DNA of 64,000 bases, taken from an uncultured Clostridia bacterium. GTDB lineage: Bacteria; Bacillota; Clostridia; TANB77; CAG-508. The notes beneath the pieces were generated by a model that did not search any database, was not told the origin of the DNA, and was given only the letters and a program-made list of their open reading frames with translations. Within the stretch, counting starts at the first letter, position 1. Every line of letters begins with the position of its first letter. Positions 1 through 10,055 of the stretch are shown piece by piece. Both the position numbers and the translations under genes were made by a program. The stretch lies in NCBI GenBank assembly GCA_944386725.1, contig CALXCE010000004.1, forward strand, positions 12,410-76,409. Reading direction: 5' to 3'.

Positions 1-41
1 TTTAAAATATATCATAAATCATAAACCTATCCCCTTTTGTT

Positions 42-1742
42 TTAGTTTTTAGGGTTTACGTACAACGTCTTATTATTACTATAAATTACCATACCGGGTT
101 TAGCACCATTTGGCTTTTTTACATATTTGACTTCACAAATATCTACTGGTACGTTAGAAGAATTCTTGGCCTTACTGTGATAAGCAACAATTTCTGCACA
201 CCTAATTAAAATGGTATCATCAGGAAGTTCTCCAGAATTAAGCTGTAAAATAACATGGCTACCATGAATTTCTTTGGTATGCATCCATAAGTCTGTTTTT
301 TTAGCATATTTTAAAGTTAGATAATCATTTTCTTTATTATTTCTCCCTACTAATAAAGTATAGCCATCTATAGTATATTTTAGGGGATTAAAGGAAACGT
401 TTTTATTTTTGGTAAGAGAAGATTTTTTAACTTTTGTTTTTTTCTTCTTTTTATAATGTTCTGTTTTTTCTTTAAAAATTATATTTTCAGAAATTTCCTC
501 AAATATTTCAGAAACATCTTCTATGGTAGAGCAATTTTCTAATTCATACACAATACTTTCAATATAGTTTAGTTCTTTTAAGGTTTCTTCTTTTTGAATA
601 CCTACAATCTCTAAAGTGTTTTTTAGTTTATGGTATTTCTTAAAAAAGCGTTTTGCATTTACTGAAGGGGTATATCTATCATCTAAAGGAATTACAATTT
701 TTTGATTGGTATAATAATTTTCAAGAGTAATTTCTTTTAAATTTTCATTTTTTATCTGATACAAGTTAGCAGTGATTAATTCGCCATACAATTGGTACTT
801 TTCCATATTTTCACAAGAACGTAGCTTTTCATTGATATTTAAAAGACGCTTTTTATACTTTTTTAAAAGGTCTAAAATCGTTTTTAAAATACTATCACGA
901 TAGGTTTTGAATTCTTCTGAAATTTCTTTTTGTGTATAAAAGTCATCCATAAAAAAGTTTAAACGAAAAGGGGAACAAGTATTTGATTTTACTAAAAAGT
1001 AATCTCTTTTTTTCGTATCTATCATTTGAAAGTCTAATAAATGATTATCAGTTCTATGGATAATTTCTTTTAGATATTTATAAAGCTTTTCAAAAGTATT
1101 TTCATTTAACACATTGATTCCAAGATGATGCATGGAGGCATCTATAAAAGATTTACTAATACCATTAAATACTTCACTAATTTTTTTACCAGTAGAAACT
1201 TTTTCATAAAAATCCTCAAAGTTTAAACAATCCAAAAAATTGTATTTTGTTGTGATTGGATAGGTATATTTAATATGGGGGATGATAGTTCTAGAGCTAT
1301 CTTCACTATTAATATGTCGTAAACTGTCAATAACAAAATTTTGATCATCCAATAAAATGACATTACAATGTTTTCCCATTAACTCAACAATTAATCTTTT
1401 TGAAATAATATCATCTACATCATCAAAACCTTCAAAGTCGATAATAACTAATCTTTCTAAGTTATTTGTGATAACATTCTTGATATGCAATCCTAATAGA
1501 TGTTTACGAAGAACCATACAAAAATTAGGTGCTACTTTAGGATTGGGCTTAGCATGTGTTGTTAAATGAATTCGGTAGTTTTGTGCGTCTAGACATAGAT
1601 TTAATAAATAGTTAGTACCATTTAAATAAAAACCCAATAAAATAGTGTTTTTATTAGGTTGAAAGATTTTATCAATTCTTGCTCCAGAAAGCTGTTGCAA
1701 TTCTGAAGCAATTGCTTTTGTTACAATTCCATCAAATGCCAT
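42..1742 (-). CDS. rqcH: RqcH / fibronectin-binding protein A family (NFACT, ribosome quality control)
   Basis: 566-aa ORF. N-terminus MAFDGIVTKAIASELQ..GARIDKIFQP and a C-terminal DLWMHTKEIHGSHVIL region are typical of FbpA/RqcH. Confidence 0.8.
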   Translation of the reverse strand: MAFDGIVTKAIASELQQLSGARIDKIFQPNKNTILLGFYLNGTNYLLNLCLDAQNYRIHLTTHAKPNPKVAPNFCMVLRKHLLGLHIKNVITNNLERLVIIDFEGFDDVDDIISKRLIVELMGKHCNVILLDDQNFVIDSLRHINSEDSSRTIIPHIKYTYPITTKYNFLDCLNFEDFYEKVSTGKKISEVFNGISKSFIDASMHHLGINVLNENTFEKLYKYLKEIIHRTDNHLLDFQMIDTKKRDYFLVKSNTCSPFRLNFFMDDFYTQKEISEEFKTYRDSILKTILDLLKKYKKRLLNINEKLRSCENMEKYQLYGELITANLYQIKNENLKEITLENYYTNQKIVIPLDDRYTPSVNAKRFFKKYHKLKNTLEIVGIQKEETLKELNYIESIVYELENCSTIEDVSEIFEEISENIIFKEKTEHYKKKKKTKVKKSSLTKNKNVSFNPLKYTIDGYTLLVGRNNKENDYLTLKYAKKTDLWMHTKEIHGSHVILQLNSGELPDDTILIRCAEIVAYHSKAKNSSNVPVDICEVKYVKKPNGAKPGMVIYSNNKTLYVNPKN

Positions 1743-1840
1743 ATTTTCACTCCTTTTTATAATATAAAATTATAACACATTTATTGCTATTTTTCCATAA
1801 TTGTGATAATATATTTCTATAAAATGGAAAAAATAAAAAA

Positions 1841-1889
1841 AGATGTGTCCCCAATTGCACAAAAATGTGAAAAAGGAAACGTCCCCAAT
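1841..1889. repeat. Solo copy of the ~48-nt GGGAC-motif repeat unit (right-end orientation), ending 4 nt before the metG SD
   Basis: GATGTGTCCCCAATTGCACAAAAATGTGAAAAAGGAAACGTCCCCAAT closely matches 18160..18207 and the reverse complements of 8407..8454 and 17894..17940. Confidence 0.8.
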
Positions 1890-1909
1890 AGACAAGGAGA
1901 TGAAAAAGG

Positions 1910-3484
1910 ATGAAGGACAAATTTTATGTAACAACACCGATCTATTATCCAAGTGGAAGATTTCATATAGGAACAGCTTATACAACTGTTTTAGCAGATA
2001 GTATCAAGCAATATCATAAACTAAAAGGTGAAGATACCTATCTATTAACAGGAACCGATGAACACGGACAAAAAATAGAAGAAAAAGCTAAAGAAGCTGG
2101 TAAAACACCAAAAGAATATGTGGATGAAATGGCAAAAATGGCAAAAGAGCTATGGGCTAAAATGAAAATAGAATATGATGATTATATTCAAACAACTGAA
2201 ACTAGACACGAAAAGATTGTGCAAAAAATTTTTGACAAACTTATGGAGCAAGGCGATATTTATAAAGGCGAATATGAAGGATGGTACTGTATTCCTTGTG
2301 AGACCTTTTTTACCGAAACACAATTGGTAGATGGAAAATGCCCGGATTGTGGTAGAGAGGTTAAATTGATGAAGGAAGAGGCCTATTTCTTTCATATGAA
2401 AAAATATGCGGATAAATTGCTAAAATATTATGAAGAACATCCAAACTTTATTAAACCGGAATATCGAAAAAACGAAATGATAAATAATTTTATCAAACCA
2501 GGATTAGAGGATTTATGTGTGACTAGAACTTCGTTTGATTGGGGCATTAAAGTATTGAAAGACCCAAAACATATTATCTATGTTTGGCTAGATGCTTTAA
2601 CTAACTATATTACAGCACTAGGATATTTGTCAGAAGACGACACATTATTTCAAAAATATTGGCCAGCTGATTTACAAATTGTTGGAAAAGATATCGCAAG
2701 ATTTCATTTAATTTATTGGCCTATTTTTCTAATGGCATTAGATTTACCTTTACCTAAAACAATTTTAGTTCATAATTGGATTATGATGAAAGATGGAAAA
2801 ATGTCTAAGTCGAAAGGAAATGTAATCTATCCAGAAACCTTAATAGAACGATATGGATTAGATAGTGTTAGATACTTTTTATTGAGAGAAATGCCAGTTT
2901 CACAAGATGAAATATTTTCACCAGAAGCATTTGTAGAAAGATATAACTTTGATTTATGTAATGATTTAAGCAATCTTTTAAATAGAACGGTATCTATGGT
3001 AAATAAATATTTTAGCGGAAATGTTCCTCAATATAATGGGACACCTAATAATGTGGATAAGGAATTAGAAGAATATACGTTACAACAAATTGAAAAATTT
3101 GATGAAAAGTGGAACAATTACGAAACAGCAAATAGTATTCAAGAAATTTGGAACTTAATTGCAAGAACTAATAAATATATTGATGAAACCATGCCATGGA
3201 CTTTAGCAAAAGAGAAACAAACAGAAAAACTTAAAGCCTGCATGTATCATCTAATTGAAAATCTAAGAAAAATAGCAATTTTAATTAGACCGTTTATGAA
3301 AGATACAGCAGACAATATTTTTAGACAAATAGGAATCAAAGAAGAAGATATGAAAAATTGGAAATATTTAAAAGATTATAATAAAATTCAAAAAGCACAA
3401 GTAATTGAAAAAGGAGAACCTATCTTCATGAGGTTGAATGCCCAAGAAGAAATAGAATTTTTAAAAAATGTTATGAAAAAATAA
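1910..3484 (+). CDS. metG: Methionine--tRNA ligase (short form)
   Basis: 524-aa ORF with a class I HIGH-like FHIGTAY motif, KMSKSKGN, and Zn-knuckle CIPCE..CPDCG. SD AAGGAG lies upstream. Confidence 0.95.
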   Translation: MKDKFYVTTPIYYPSGRFHIGTAYTTVLADSIKQYHKLKGEDTYLLTGTDEHGQKIEEKAKEAGKTPKEYVDEMAKMAKELWAKMKIEYDDYIQTTETRHEKIVQKIFDKLMEQGDIYKGEYEGWYCIPCETFFTETQLVDGKCPDCGREVKLMKEEAYFFHMKKYADKLLKYYEEHPNFIKPEYRKNEMINNFIKPGLEDLCVTRTSFDWGIKVLKDPKHIIYVWLDALTNYITALGYLSEDDTLFQKYWPADLQIVGKDIARFHLIYWPIFLMALDLPLPKTILVHNWIMMKDGKMSKSKGNVIYPETLIERYGLDSVRYFLLREMPVSQDEIFSPEAFVERYNFDLCNDLSNLLNRTVSMVNKYFSGNVPQYNGTPNNVDKELEEYTLQQIEKFDEKWNNYETANSIQEIWNLIARTNKYIDETMPWTLAKEKQTEKLKACMYHLIENLRKIAILIRPFMKDTADNIFRQIGIKEEDMKNWKYLKDYNKIQKAQVIEKGEPIFMRLNAQEEIEFLKNVMKK

Positions 3485-3507
3485 AATAATATAAGGAGGA
3501 AATTAAC

Positions 3508-3654
3508 ATGGGAGATACAAAAGAAAACAAAAAAACAAAAAAAGGAAAGCATAAGGCAAAACCTACGTTAGGTGATATGATACTTAGAGTTTTAATCATC
3601 ATTGCTATATTTTTTATAATTGTTATAGCTTATACATTTTATATAAGGGGCTAG
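3508..3654 (+). CDS. Small (48 aa) Lys-rich single-pass membrane protein, hypothetical
   Basis: ATG is preceded by AAGGAGG. Sequence is MGDTKENKKTKKGKHKAKPTLGDMILRVLIIIAIFFIIVIAYTFYIRG. A terminator follows. Confidence 0.4.
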   Translation: MGDTKENKKTKKGKHKAKPTLGDMILRVLIIIAIFFIIVIAYTFYIRG

Positions 3655-3670
3655 CTTTATTAATCAAAAC

Positions 3671-3723
3671 AAAGATGTCGCAAAAAGAAACATCCTAATT
3701 AGCGACATCTTTTATTTTTTTTT
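3671..3723 (+). terminator. Rho-independent terminator
   Basis: Stem AAAGATGTCGC / GCGACATCTTT followed by a T-run. Confidence 0.65.
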
Positions 3724-3792
3724 ACAAATACACTACTAAAAAATCGAAAAATAGTATATAATAGATAAAAATAAAATAGAAGGATGTAAAAA

Positions 3793-4720
3793 ATGGTAAG
3801 AGATGGAAAAGATAATTATAATATCTATAAAATAACACCTGATAAACAAATAGATATAACCAAAATAGTTATAACAATTTTGTTAGTGGTTTTAGTAATT
3901 GGTCTAATTTTAATAGCCAAAAATTCTATTGAATTAATAAACCAACATAAAGTTTATGAGCAATATGAAACACAATTAGTAGCTTTGCAAAAACAAGAAG
4001 AAGAAAAACAAGCTAAAATAGAAGCAGAACAAGAAAGAATTAGACAAGAAAGAATACCACAGCTAACAGAAGAACGGAAGAAACAATATGAAAAATCTTT
4101 ATCACTCAGAAACCAAAAAAGTATTTCTTACCTTTGACGATGGACCATCTACTGTAACACCAACTATTTTAGATACTTTAAAAAAAGAAAATGTTAAAGC
4201 TACATTTTTTGTATTGGGTTCTAGAGTAGAAGCTATGCCAGAGACAGTAAAAAGGATTTATGAAGAAGGTCATTATATAGCAAATCATGGATATACACAT
4301 GTGTATTCCTTTATTTATGCTTCGCCACAGGCGGTATTAAATGAATACAATCAATGTAATGACGCTGTAAAAAATGCGATTGGTGTGCCAGAGTATAATT
4401 CTCATCTATTTAGATTTCCAGGAGGACTTATAGGAGGAAAATATGCAGAAATCAAAAGTCAAGCCAAAGAATTACTATCACAAAATGACATTTTACATGT
4501 TGATTGGAATGCACTTTCAGGAGACGCAGAAACTACACAGCCAACAATAGAATATGAAATGCAGAGAATACAAGAAACAGTAACTGGAAAAAGTAGCGTT
4601 GTCATTTTACTACATGATGCAGAAGCAAAAGCAGTAACGTCAGAGGCACTGCCACAAATCATTTGCTGGCTGAAAGAAAACGGATATGAATTTAAAAATT
4701 TTTATGAAATTATAAAATAA
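3793..4720 (+). CDS. Membrane-anchored polysaccharide deacetylase (NodB/PdaB-like); continuous only with a +1 shift at CGG 4075
   Basis: N-terminal TM helix plus coiled coil (ORF 3793..4137) and a NodB domain (FLTFDDGPS, HGYTH; ORF 4088..4720). The frames overlap at 4067..4137. Confidence 0.8.
4075..4078 (+). other. In-frame CGG-A +1 shift site (GAA CGG AAG becomes GAA [C] GGA AGA)
   Basis: CGG is in phase with the 3793 ORF. The +1 frame is the phase of the NodB ORF. Confidence 0.75.
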
Positions 4721-4735
4721 AAGGAGAGAGAAACT

Positions 4736-7039
4736 TTGTCTAAGAAAATGGAGAAAATGGAGAGTATAGAAGAAAAATTAGAATATTTAGGATTAAATTT
4801 AGAAAAAATACCAGCATCTATTAAAAAATTTGAACCACTAGAATTTAGAGTTCCGAAATTCTATGATGAAAAACAATATAGACAATATCGCTATATTTCT
4901 GTAAAAGATATACAAATTTTATTATCACCAACCAATCGTTTAGATGAAATAGAGGAAAAATATAAAAAGGCTAGTCCTTTAATAGATTATCTAGATAGTA
5001 AAAGCGAAGAAAATATTTTAAAATATACTACTTTTTTAAATATGTTAAAGCAGATCAAAATAGAAGATATCGAAAAAATAGAAGAAGAACAAGCAAATCT
5101 CAATAAAAAAATACCTTTCAAAGTGAAATTTGAAGGAAATTATCTATGGCAAATTTATTACTCAGAAAATACAGACAAATATTTTATGTTGGTGCCAACA
5201 GAAGATTCTGACTATTCAACCTTTTTTTTCTTGTTAAAAAAGAAATTAGAAAAAAAGAGAGCACAGAAAATCTTTGTTCCAGTTAGAAATGTTGGATATA
5301 GCAAAGAATATTTAAGTAAGTCACAATTTGAAGATATCGAAAATTATCTATGGCTTTTTACAAAAGATTGGCCATTAGTATATGAAGTATACGACAAAAA
5401 TAACAATTTAAGCATACAAATTGTGGGAGAAACGGAAGTATATGAAAAGATAAAAAGTCTTTATAAAATAAAATTAGACAATAAAGAAGAAGCTAATCAA
5501 TTTTATAAGCTAATTAAAGCAATGTTTATTTTACAAACAGAATTGCCACACTATTTCACATTTCAAACAAACATAGGAAAGTTAGGAGAAATTGAATTTT
5601 ATATTGAGAATAGGAAAATAGAATATGGAAATATTGTTCCATGGATGAATGATGAATTTAAATTAGGAGAAGAAAGATGCCAAGAGGCAAAAGAATTAAT
5701 TGAAATGAATCAGAAAAAGCTAGAAAATTTGAAGGCAGAAGTAGCAGCACAAGAAATAGAATATCTTGCTAAGGAAAAACAAATTTCTACCTTTTTAGAA
5801 TGTAAAAAATCATTTTTTGGTAAATTCAAATATTACTTTAAATATAGCAAAAAGAAAAATAAAGGGGAAATAAAACAGAAAATACAACTAGAAGAAAAAG
5901 AAGATACAGAACCAGTAAAAGTGAATAACAAGAAAAAGAAGGATAAACCTGCCACAAAAGAAAATTATACAATTGAGGAATTAGTGGATTTATATAAAGA
6001 GTTTGAAAAACTAGAAAATACATTAAAAAATATCATGTTAGACATTAATAGTTTAAAATTGAAGAAGAAAAATATGACCAAAAAAATTGAAAATGCAACT
6101 TTATATATCGAGGAAATAGACAAACATAAAAAGAGTATCTTTGAGTTTTGGAAATACAGTAATAAAGATGAGGTGGCAACTTTACCAGAAGGAGAAGAAG
6201 AGGAAGTTAACATCATCAAAAAAATTACAAAGGTATTTGATTATGAAGAAGATATAGAAAGGTTTGGAAAAATTATGGACAAAATACAAAGAAAAGCTTT
6301 GTCCAAACCAGAAACAGATAGCGTATACATTACTTCTACTAATCTAATAGAAATAGTAAATAGAGTAAAAAACAATGAGGTAACGCCAAAAGATATAACA
6401 GCTAGTTTAAATGATTTGAAAAAAGAAGCCATACAAGAAAAGATTTTAACTCAAGAAGATGAATTTGATATTTTTGGAGGAATTGCACAAGATAGGTCTA
6501 AAGTATCAAAGATTCATAATAAGAAGCATAGAGAAATAGCAAAAGACAAATTTACAATATTAGATATTAGTAAAACGACAAAACAAATAGGATATAAGCT
6601 ATCTTTAGAAAAGGTCATAGAAAATGTAAAAACAGCTTTAGAAAAAGTAGTTATTTGTGAGGATTTACCAGTTTATAAAGCAATGTATGATAAGCTATTA
6701 GATGACAAAGAAATTAATGTATTTGATATGAATCCAGAAGCGGAAATGAAGGTTGCTATTAAGCAAGGAAAATCTAAGATTAATTTTTATAAAATTAATT
6801 TAAAGCAAGGGGCAAATGCTATCAGTTTTACGAATTGTATTTTTTATGATAATCAAAACAAAACCTTACCAATAGGACAGGATTTATCAACTAAAATTTT
6901 GGTTGATGTTTCTAAACTGAATATGAAACTAAAGGGAAAGTCTTCTTTTAAAATGGTTGATTTTGAAAAGGAAAAGGATGACTTTTCACCACTTACCATA
7001 AAGACAATTCATGTTTTTGAGTATGAGAGTATCAATTAA
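4736..7039 (+). CDS. Large hypothetical protein, 767 aa, central Lys/Glu-rich coiled coil
   Basis: Long uninterrupted ORF with a TTG start after AAGGAGAG. I recognise no family signature. Confidence 0.6.
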   Translation: MSKKMEKMESIEEKLEYLGLNLEKIPASIKKFEPLEFRVPKFYDEKQYRQYRYISVKDIQILLSPTNRLDEIEEKYKKASPLIDYLDSKSEENILKYTTFLNMLKQIKIEDIEKIEEEQANLNKKIPFKVKFEGNYLWQIYYSENTDKYFMLVPTEDSDYSTFFFLLKKKLEKKRAQKIFVPVRNVGYSKEYLSKSQFEDIENYLWLFTKDWPLVYEVYDKNNNLSIQIVGETEVYEKIKSLYKIKLDNKEEANQFYKLIKAMFILQTELPHYFTFQTNIGKLGEIEFYIENRKIEYGNIVPWMNDEFKLGEERCQEAKELIEMNQKKLENLKAEVAAQEIEYLAKEKQISTFLECKKSFFGKFKYYFKYSKKKNKGEIKQKIQLEEKEDTEPVKVNNKKKKDKPATKENYTIEELVDLYKEFEKLENTLKNIMLDINSLKLKKKNMTKKIENATLYIEEIDKHKKSIFEFWKYSNKDEVATLPEGEEEEVNIIKKITKVFDYEEDIERFGKIMDKIQRKALSKPETDSVYITSTNLIEIVNRVKNNEVTPKDITASLNDLKKEAIQEKILTQEDEFDIFGGIAQDRSKVSKIHNKKHREIAKDKFTILDISKTTKQIGYKLSLEKVIENVKTALEKVVICEDLPVYKAMYDKLLDDKEINVFDMNPEAEMKVAIKQGKSKINFYKINLKQGANAISFTNCIFYDNQNKTLPIGQDLSTKILVDVSKLNMKLKGKSSFKMVDFEKEKDDFSPLTIKTIHVFEYESIN

Positions 7040-7152
7040 AAATGTAAGTTTAAAAAATGTTCGTTATTGATAAAAGTATAAAAAGTATGAAATGAACGAA
7101 AAAACCTTTTTTGCATATAATGAATTAAATTAAGCAAAGGAGGTTTTTTGTT

Positions 7153-8407
7153 GTGAGAAAAGGAAAACGGAATATTGGTACTTTTTATGATGTTGGCGTT
7201 TCTATTTTTTGCTAATATCAATATGACATATGCCATAACACCAAGTTCAGACCCACAATACCAAGGAATTGATGTAAGTGATTGGCAAGGATACATAGAT
7301 TATAGTCAAGTTCGTGCAAGTGGAATTGAAGTAGTGTACATCAAAGCAAGTCAAGGAAGTAACATTAAGGATCCATATGTTGATATTAATTATGAAAATG
7401 CTAAAGCTAATGGTTTAAAAGTAGGATTTTATCACTTTTTAACAGCAACGAATACAGAAGAAGCAGAGCAAGAGGCTCAATTTTTTGCTTCTGTGATATC
7501 AGGCAAAGAAGCAGATTGTAAGCTAGTGATGGATTATGAGGTTTTTGGTGGAGTTAGTGTAGAAGAGTCAAACAATATAGCCCAAGTTTTTTTAGAAAGT
7601 GTAAGGAGATTAACCAATAAAGAAGTAATTGTATATAGCGATTTATCAAATGCAAGAGATAGATTTGGAAGCAATATTGCTGATAATTATGAGTTGTGGC
7701 TCGCTTATTATGGAGATTACAACGATTTAACAAATGTAGAAACTAGTTGGGAAACATGGATAGGAATTCAATATACAGATAGCGGAGCGGTAGCAGGAGT
7801 TAGCGGTAATGTTGATAGAGACTTATATACGGAAAGTATATTTTTGTCTGATACAAGCGAGATACCAGCCACAGAAAACCCAAATGATACAATTAACACA
7901 GAAAGTGTTTATTATACCGTACAATCAGGAGATACTTTATCTGCAATTGCCAGTCGCTATGGTACGACAGTACAAGAAATTGTAGACATCAACAACATAG
8001 CTAATCCAAATCTAATTTATCCAGGGGAAACCTTAAGAATATTAACAAATTCGACAATACATGGCTCTGAAACAAGAGGAACAGGAAGTATCACTTATAC
8101 GGTACAAAGAGGAAATACCTTATCACAAATAGCTAGTAGCTATGGAGTTACAGTTAATGACATAGTAGAAGCAAACAATATTCAAAACCCAAATCTAATT
8201 TACCCAGGAGAAAAATTAAGAATCACAGGAAGTACCAGTACCACCCTAAACCCAGTTTTACAAAACAATTATTATACAGTACAAAGAGGAGACACTTTAT
8301 CAGGAATTGCTAGAAGATATGGTGTAACAGTTCAGTACTTAATCAACTTAAATGGAATTAGCAATCCAAATTTAATCTATCCAGGGCAATTAATAAAAGT
8401 AGGGTAA
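7153..8407 (+). CDS. Secreted GH25 muramidase (lysozyme) with three LysM repeats; the signal peptide is joined by a +1 shift at CGG 7168
   Basis: GH25 motif [22 protein letters not shown]. Three copies of YTVQxGDTLSxIAxxYG..[11 protein letters not shown] 7153 lies 9 nt after AAAGGAGG. Confidence 0.85.
7168..7171 (+). other. In-frame CGG-A +1 shift site (AAA CGG AAT becomes AAA [C] GGA ATA)
   Basis: Gives [27 protein letters not shown], a canonical signal peptide. The zero frame stops after 20 codons. Confidence 0.7.
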
Positions 8408-8454
8408 TTGGGGACGTTTCTTTTTGCACATTTTTGTGCAGTTAGGGACACATC
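8407..8454. repeat. Solo copy of the GGGAC-motif repeat unit (left-end orientation), abutting the lysozyme stop codon
   Basis: ATTGGGGACGTTTCTTTTTGCACATTTTTGTGCAGTTAGGGACACATC. Confidence 0.8.
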
Positions 8455-8537
8455 TTTTTATAAAATACAAAAAAAATCTAGACAATAAAAAAAATATGTG
8501 CTAATATATATTAGTACATATTTTTTATGAATGAAAT

Positions 8538-8620
8538 GCCGATGTGGCGGAATTGGTAGACGCACTGGACTCAAAATCCAGCGGGAAACCATGTGGGTTC
8601 GAGTCCCACCATCGGTACCA
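8538..8620 (+). tRNA. tRNA-Leu (anticodon CAA), CCA encoded
   Basis: Acceptor GCCGATG/CATCGGT, anticodon arm CTGGA-CTCAAAA-TCCAG, long variable arm, T-arm GTGGG-TTCGAGT-CCCAC, then ACCA. Confidence 0.9.
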
Positions 8621-8751
8621 TTTATACTGTTTAGCAACGAACAGTTTAACCATTTTTTATTAGATGGAGATGAAGGATTATAATCTTCATTTCTATTTTT
8701 TTTTACATTTTTAGATAAACACAAATAAAAAATAATAAAAGGAGAGTAAGA

Positions 8752-9966
8752 ATGAAATATAAAGGAAAAAATAGTATTTTATTTATGTTATATGCAATTT
8801 GTATCGGAGCAATAACAGGCTTAATTGTTTGGAGCTTTCTAAAAATTATGAATGTTAGTATTGAATTTTTATGGAAAACCCTACCCAATATGCTTCAAAT
8901 TCCTTTTTACACAATTATAGTATGTACATTAGGAGGTCTATTGATTGGCATATGGAAAGAGAAATCGGGAGATTATCCAGAAGAATTACAAATAGTTATG
9001 AATAAGGTAAAAAAAGAGGGGAGATATTCTTATCATAACATAGGTTCAATATCTGTATCAGCAATGTTACCTTTAATATTTGGAGGAAGTGTTGGACCAG
9101 AAGCGGGTTTAACAGGAGTGATTGCTGGGTTATGTACTTGGATAGGTGATAAGTTTAAACGCTTATTTAAAGAAATGAAAGAATTAACTCAAATGGGAGT
9201 TAGTGCTACTTTAGGAACAATTTTTCATTCTCCTATGTTTGGTTTTGTAGAACCAATTGAATCAGAAGAAGAGGATGCAACTTTACCTAAAACTTCTAAA
9301 ATGGTTTTGTATTTTATAGCGATTTTTGGTGCATTTGGAATATTTATTTTGCTAAATCATGTTTTTCAACAAAGTCCTGGGATGGCAACTTTCGAGGGAC
9401 TAGAAATTGGTATAAAAGAATGGATATGCTTACTTCCTTTTAGCTTAATAGGAATGATAGCAGGTTATTTTTACTATTTCTCTCATAAAGTAGTAACTAA
9501 AATTTCGACTCCTATTCAAAATCACACGATTATTAAATGTATGTTAGGAGGTTTATTGTTAGGAATTGCTGGAACATTTTTACCATATACAATGTTTTCA
9601 GGTGAACATCAAATGGAAGAAGTTATAAATAAATGGCAAGCAATCGGAGTAGGAATATTATTGTTTACTGCAATTACCAAACTATTCATTACAAATACAT
9701 GCATTATTATGGGATTTAAAGGTGGACATTTTTTCCCTTGTATTTTTTCGGGAATTTGTATAGGTTATGCTTTTAGCATATTAACAGGTGTTAATTCTAT
9801 ATTTTGCGTCAGTGTAATTACTACATCATTAATGGCTTCTTTAATGAAAAAACCTTTTGCAACAGTTTTATTACTTATGATATGTTTCCCAATAGAGGCA
9901 ATTCCGATTATGTTATTGGCTGCTGTTATTGGAAGCTCTATAAAAATACCTAGTAAACTTCTATAA
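8752..9966 (+). CDS. ClC-family chloride channel / H+-anion antiporter
   Basis: Polytopic 404-aa protein with GGSVGPEAGLTGVIAG and GFKGGHFFP motifs. Confidence 0.8.
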   Translation: MKYKGKNSILFMLYAICIGAITGLIVWSFLKIMNVSIEFLWKTLPNMLQIPFYTIIVCTLGGLLIGIWKEKSGDYPEELQIVMNKVKKEGRYSYHNIGSISVSAMLPLIFGGSVGPEAGLTGVIAGLCTWIGDKFKRLFKEMKELTQMGVSATLGTIFHSPMFGFVEPIESEEEDATLPKTSKMVLYFIAIFGAFGIFILLNHVFQQSPGMATFEGLEIGIKEWICLLPFSLIGMIAGYFYYFSHKVVTKISTPIQNHTIIKCMLGGLLLGIAGTFLPYTMFSGEHQMEEVINKWQAIGVGILLFTAITKLFITNTCIIMGFKGGHFFPCIFSGICIGYAFSILTGVNSIFCVSVITTSLMASLMKKPFATVLLLMICFPIEAIPIMLLAAVIGSSIKIPSKLL

Positions 9967-9982
9967 TTTATTATAAAAACAC

Positions 9983-10011
9983 TTGACAATCATCAATAAA
10001 TCATATAAAAT
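9983..10011 (+). promoter_or_regulatory. Sigma-A type promoter of the perR-rbr operon
   Basis: TTGACA, 17-nt spacer, TAAAAT. Confidence 0.6.
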
Positions 10012-10018
10012 AAGAACA

Positions 10019-10041
10019 AAATTAGGAATGATTCCTAATTT
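10019..10041. promoter_or_regulatory. Perfect 11-1-11 palindrome, candidate PerR/Fur-family operator
   Basis: AAATTAGGAAT-G-ATTCCTAATTT lies between the -10 element and the SD of the Fur-family gene. Confidence 0.55.
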
Positions 10042-10055
10042 AAGAGGAGAGATTT

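Noticed and set aside
1743-1909. A possible T-box leader upstream of metG.
   Set aside because: The region is only about 165 nt and is mostly occupied by the GGGAC repeat unit. It has no T-box sequence and no terminator/antiterminator pair.
8621-8751. A possible fluoride (crcB-motif) riboswitch upstream of the ClC-family gene.
   Set aside because: I could not find the conserved crcB-motif elements as I remember them. The region contains only two simple hairpins with T-runs (the tRNA terminator and a second terminator).
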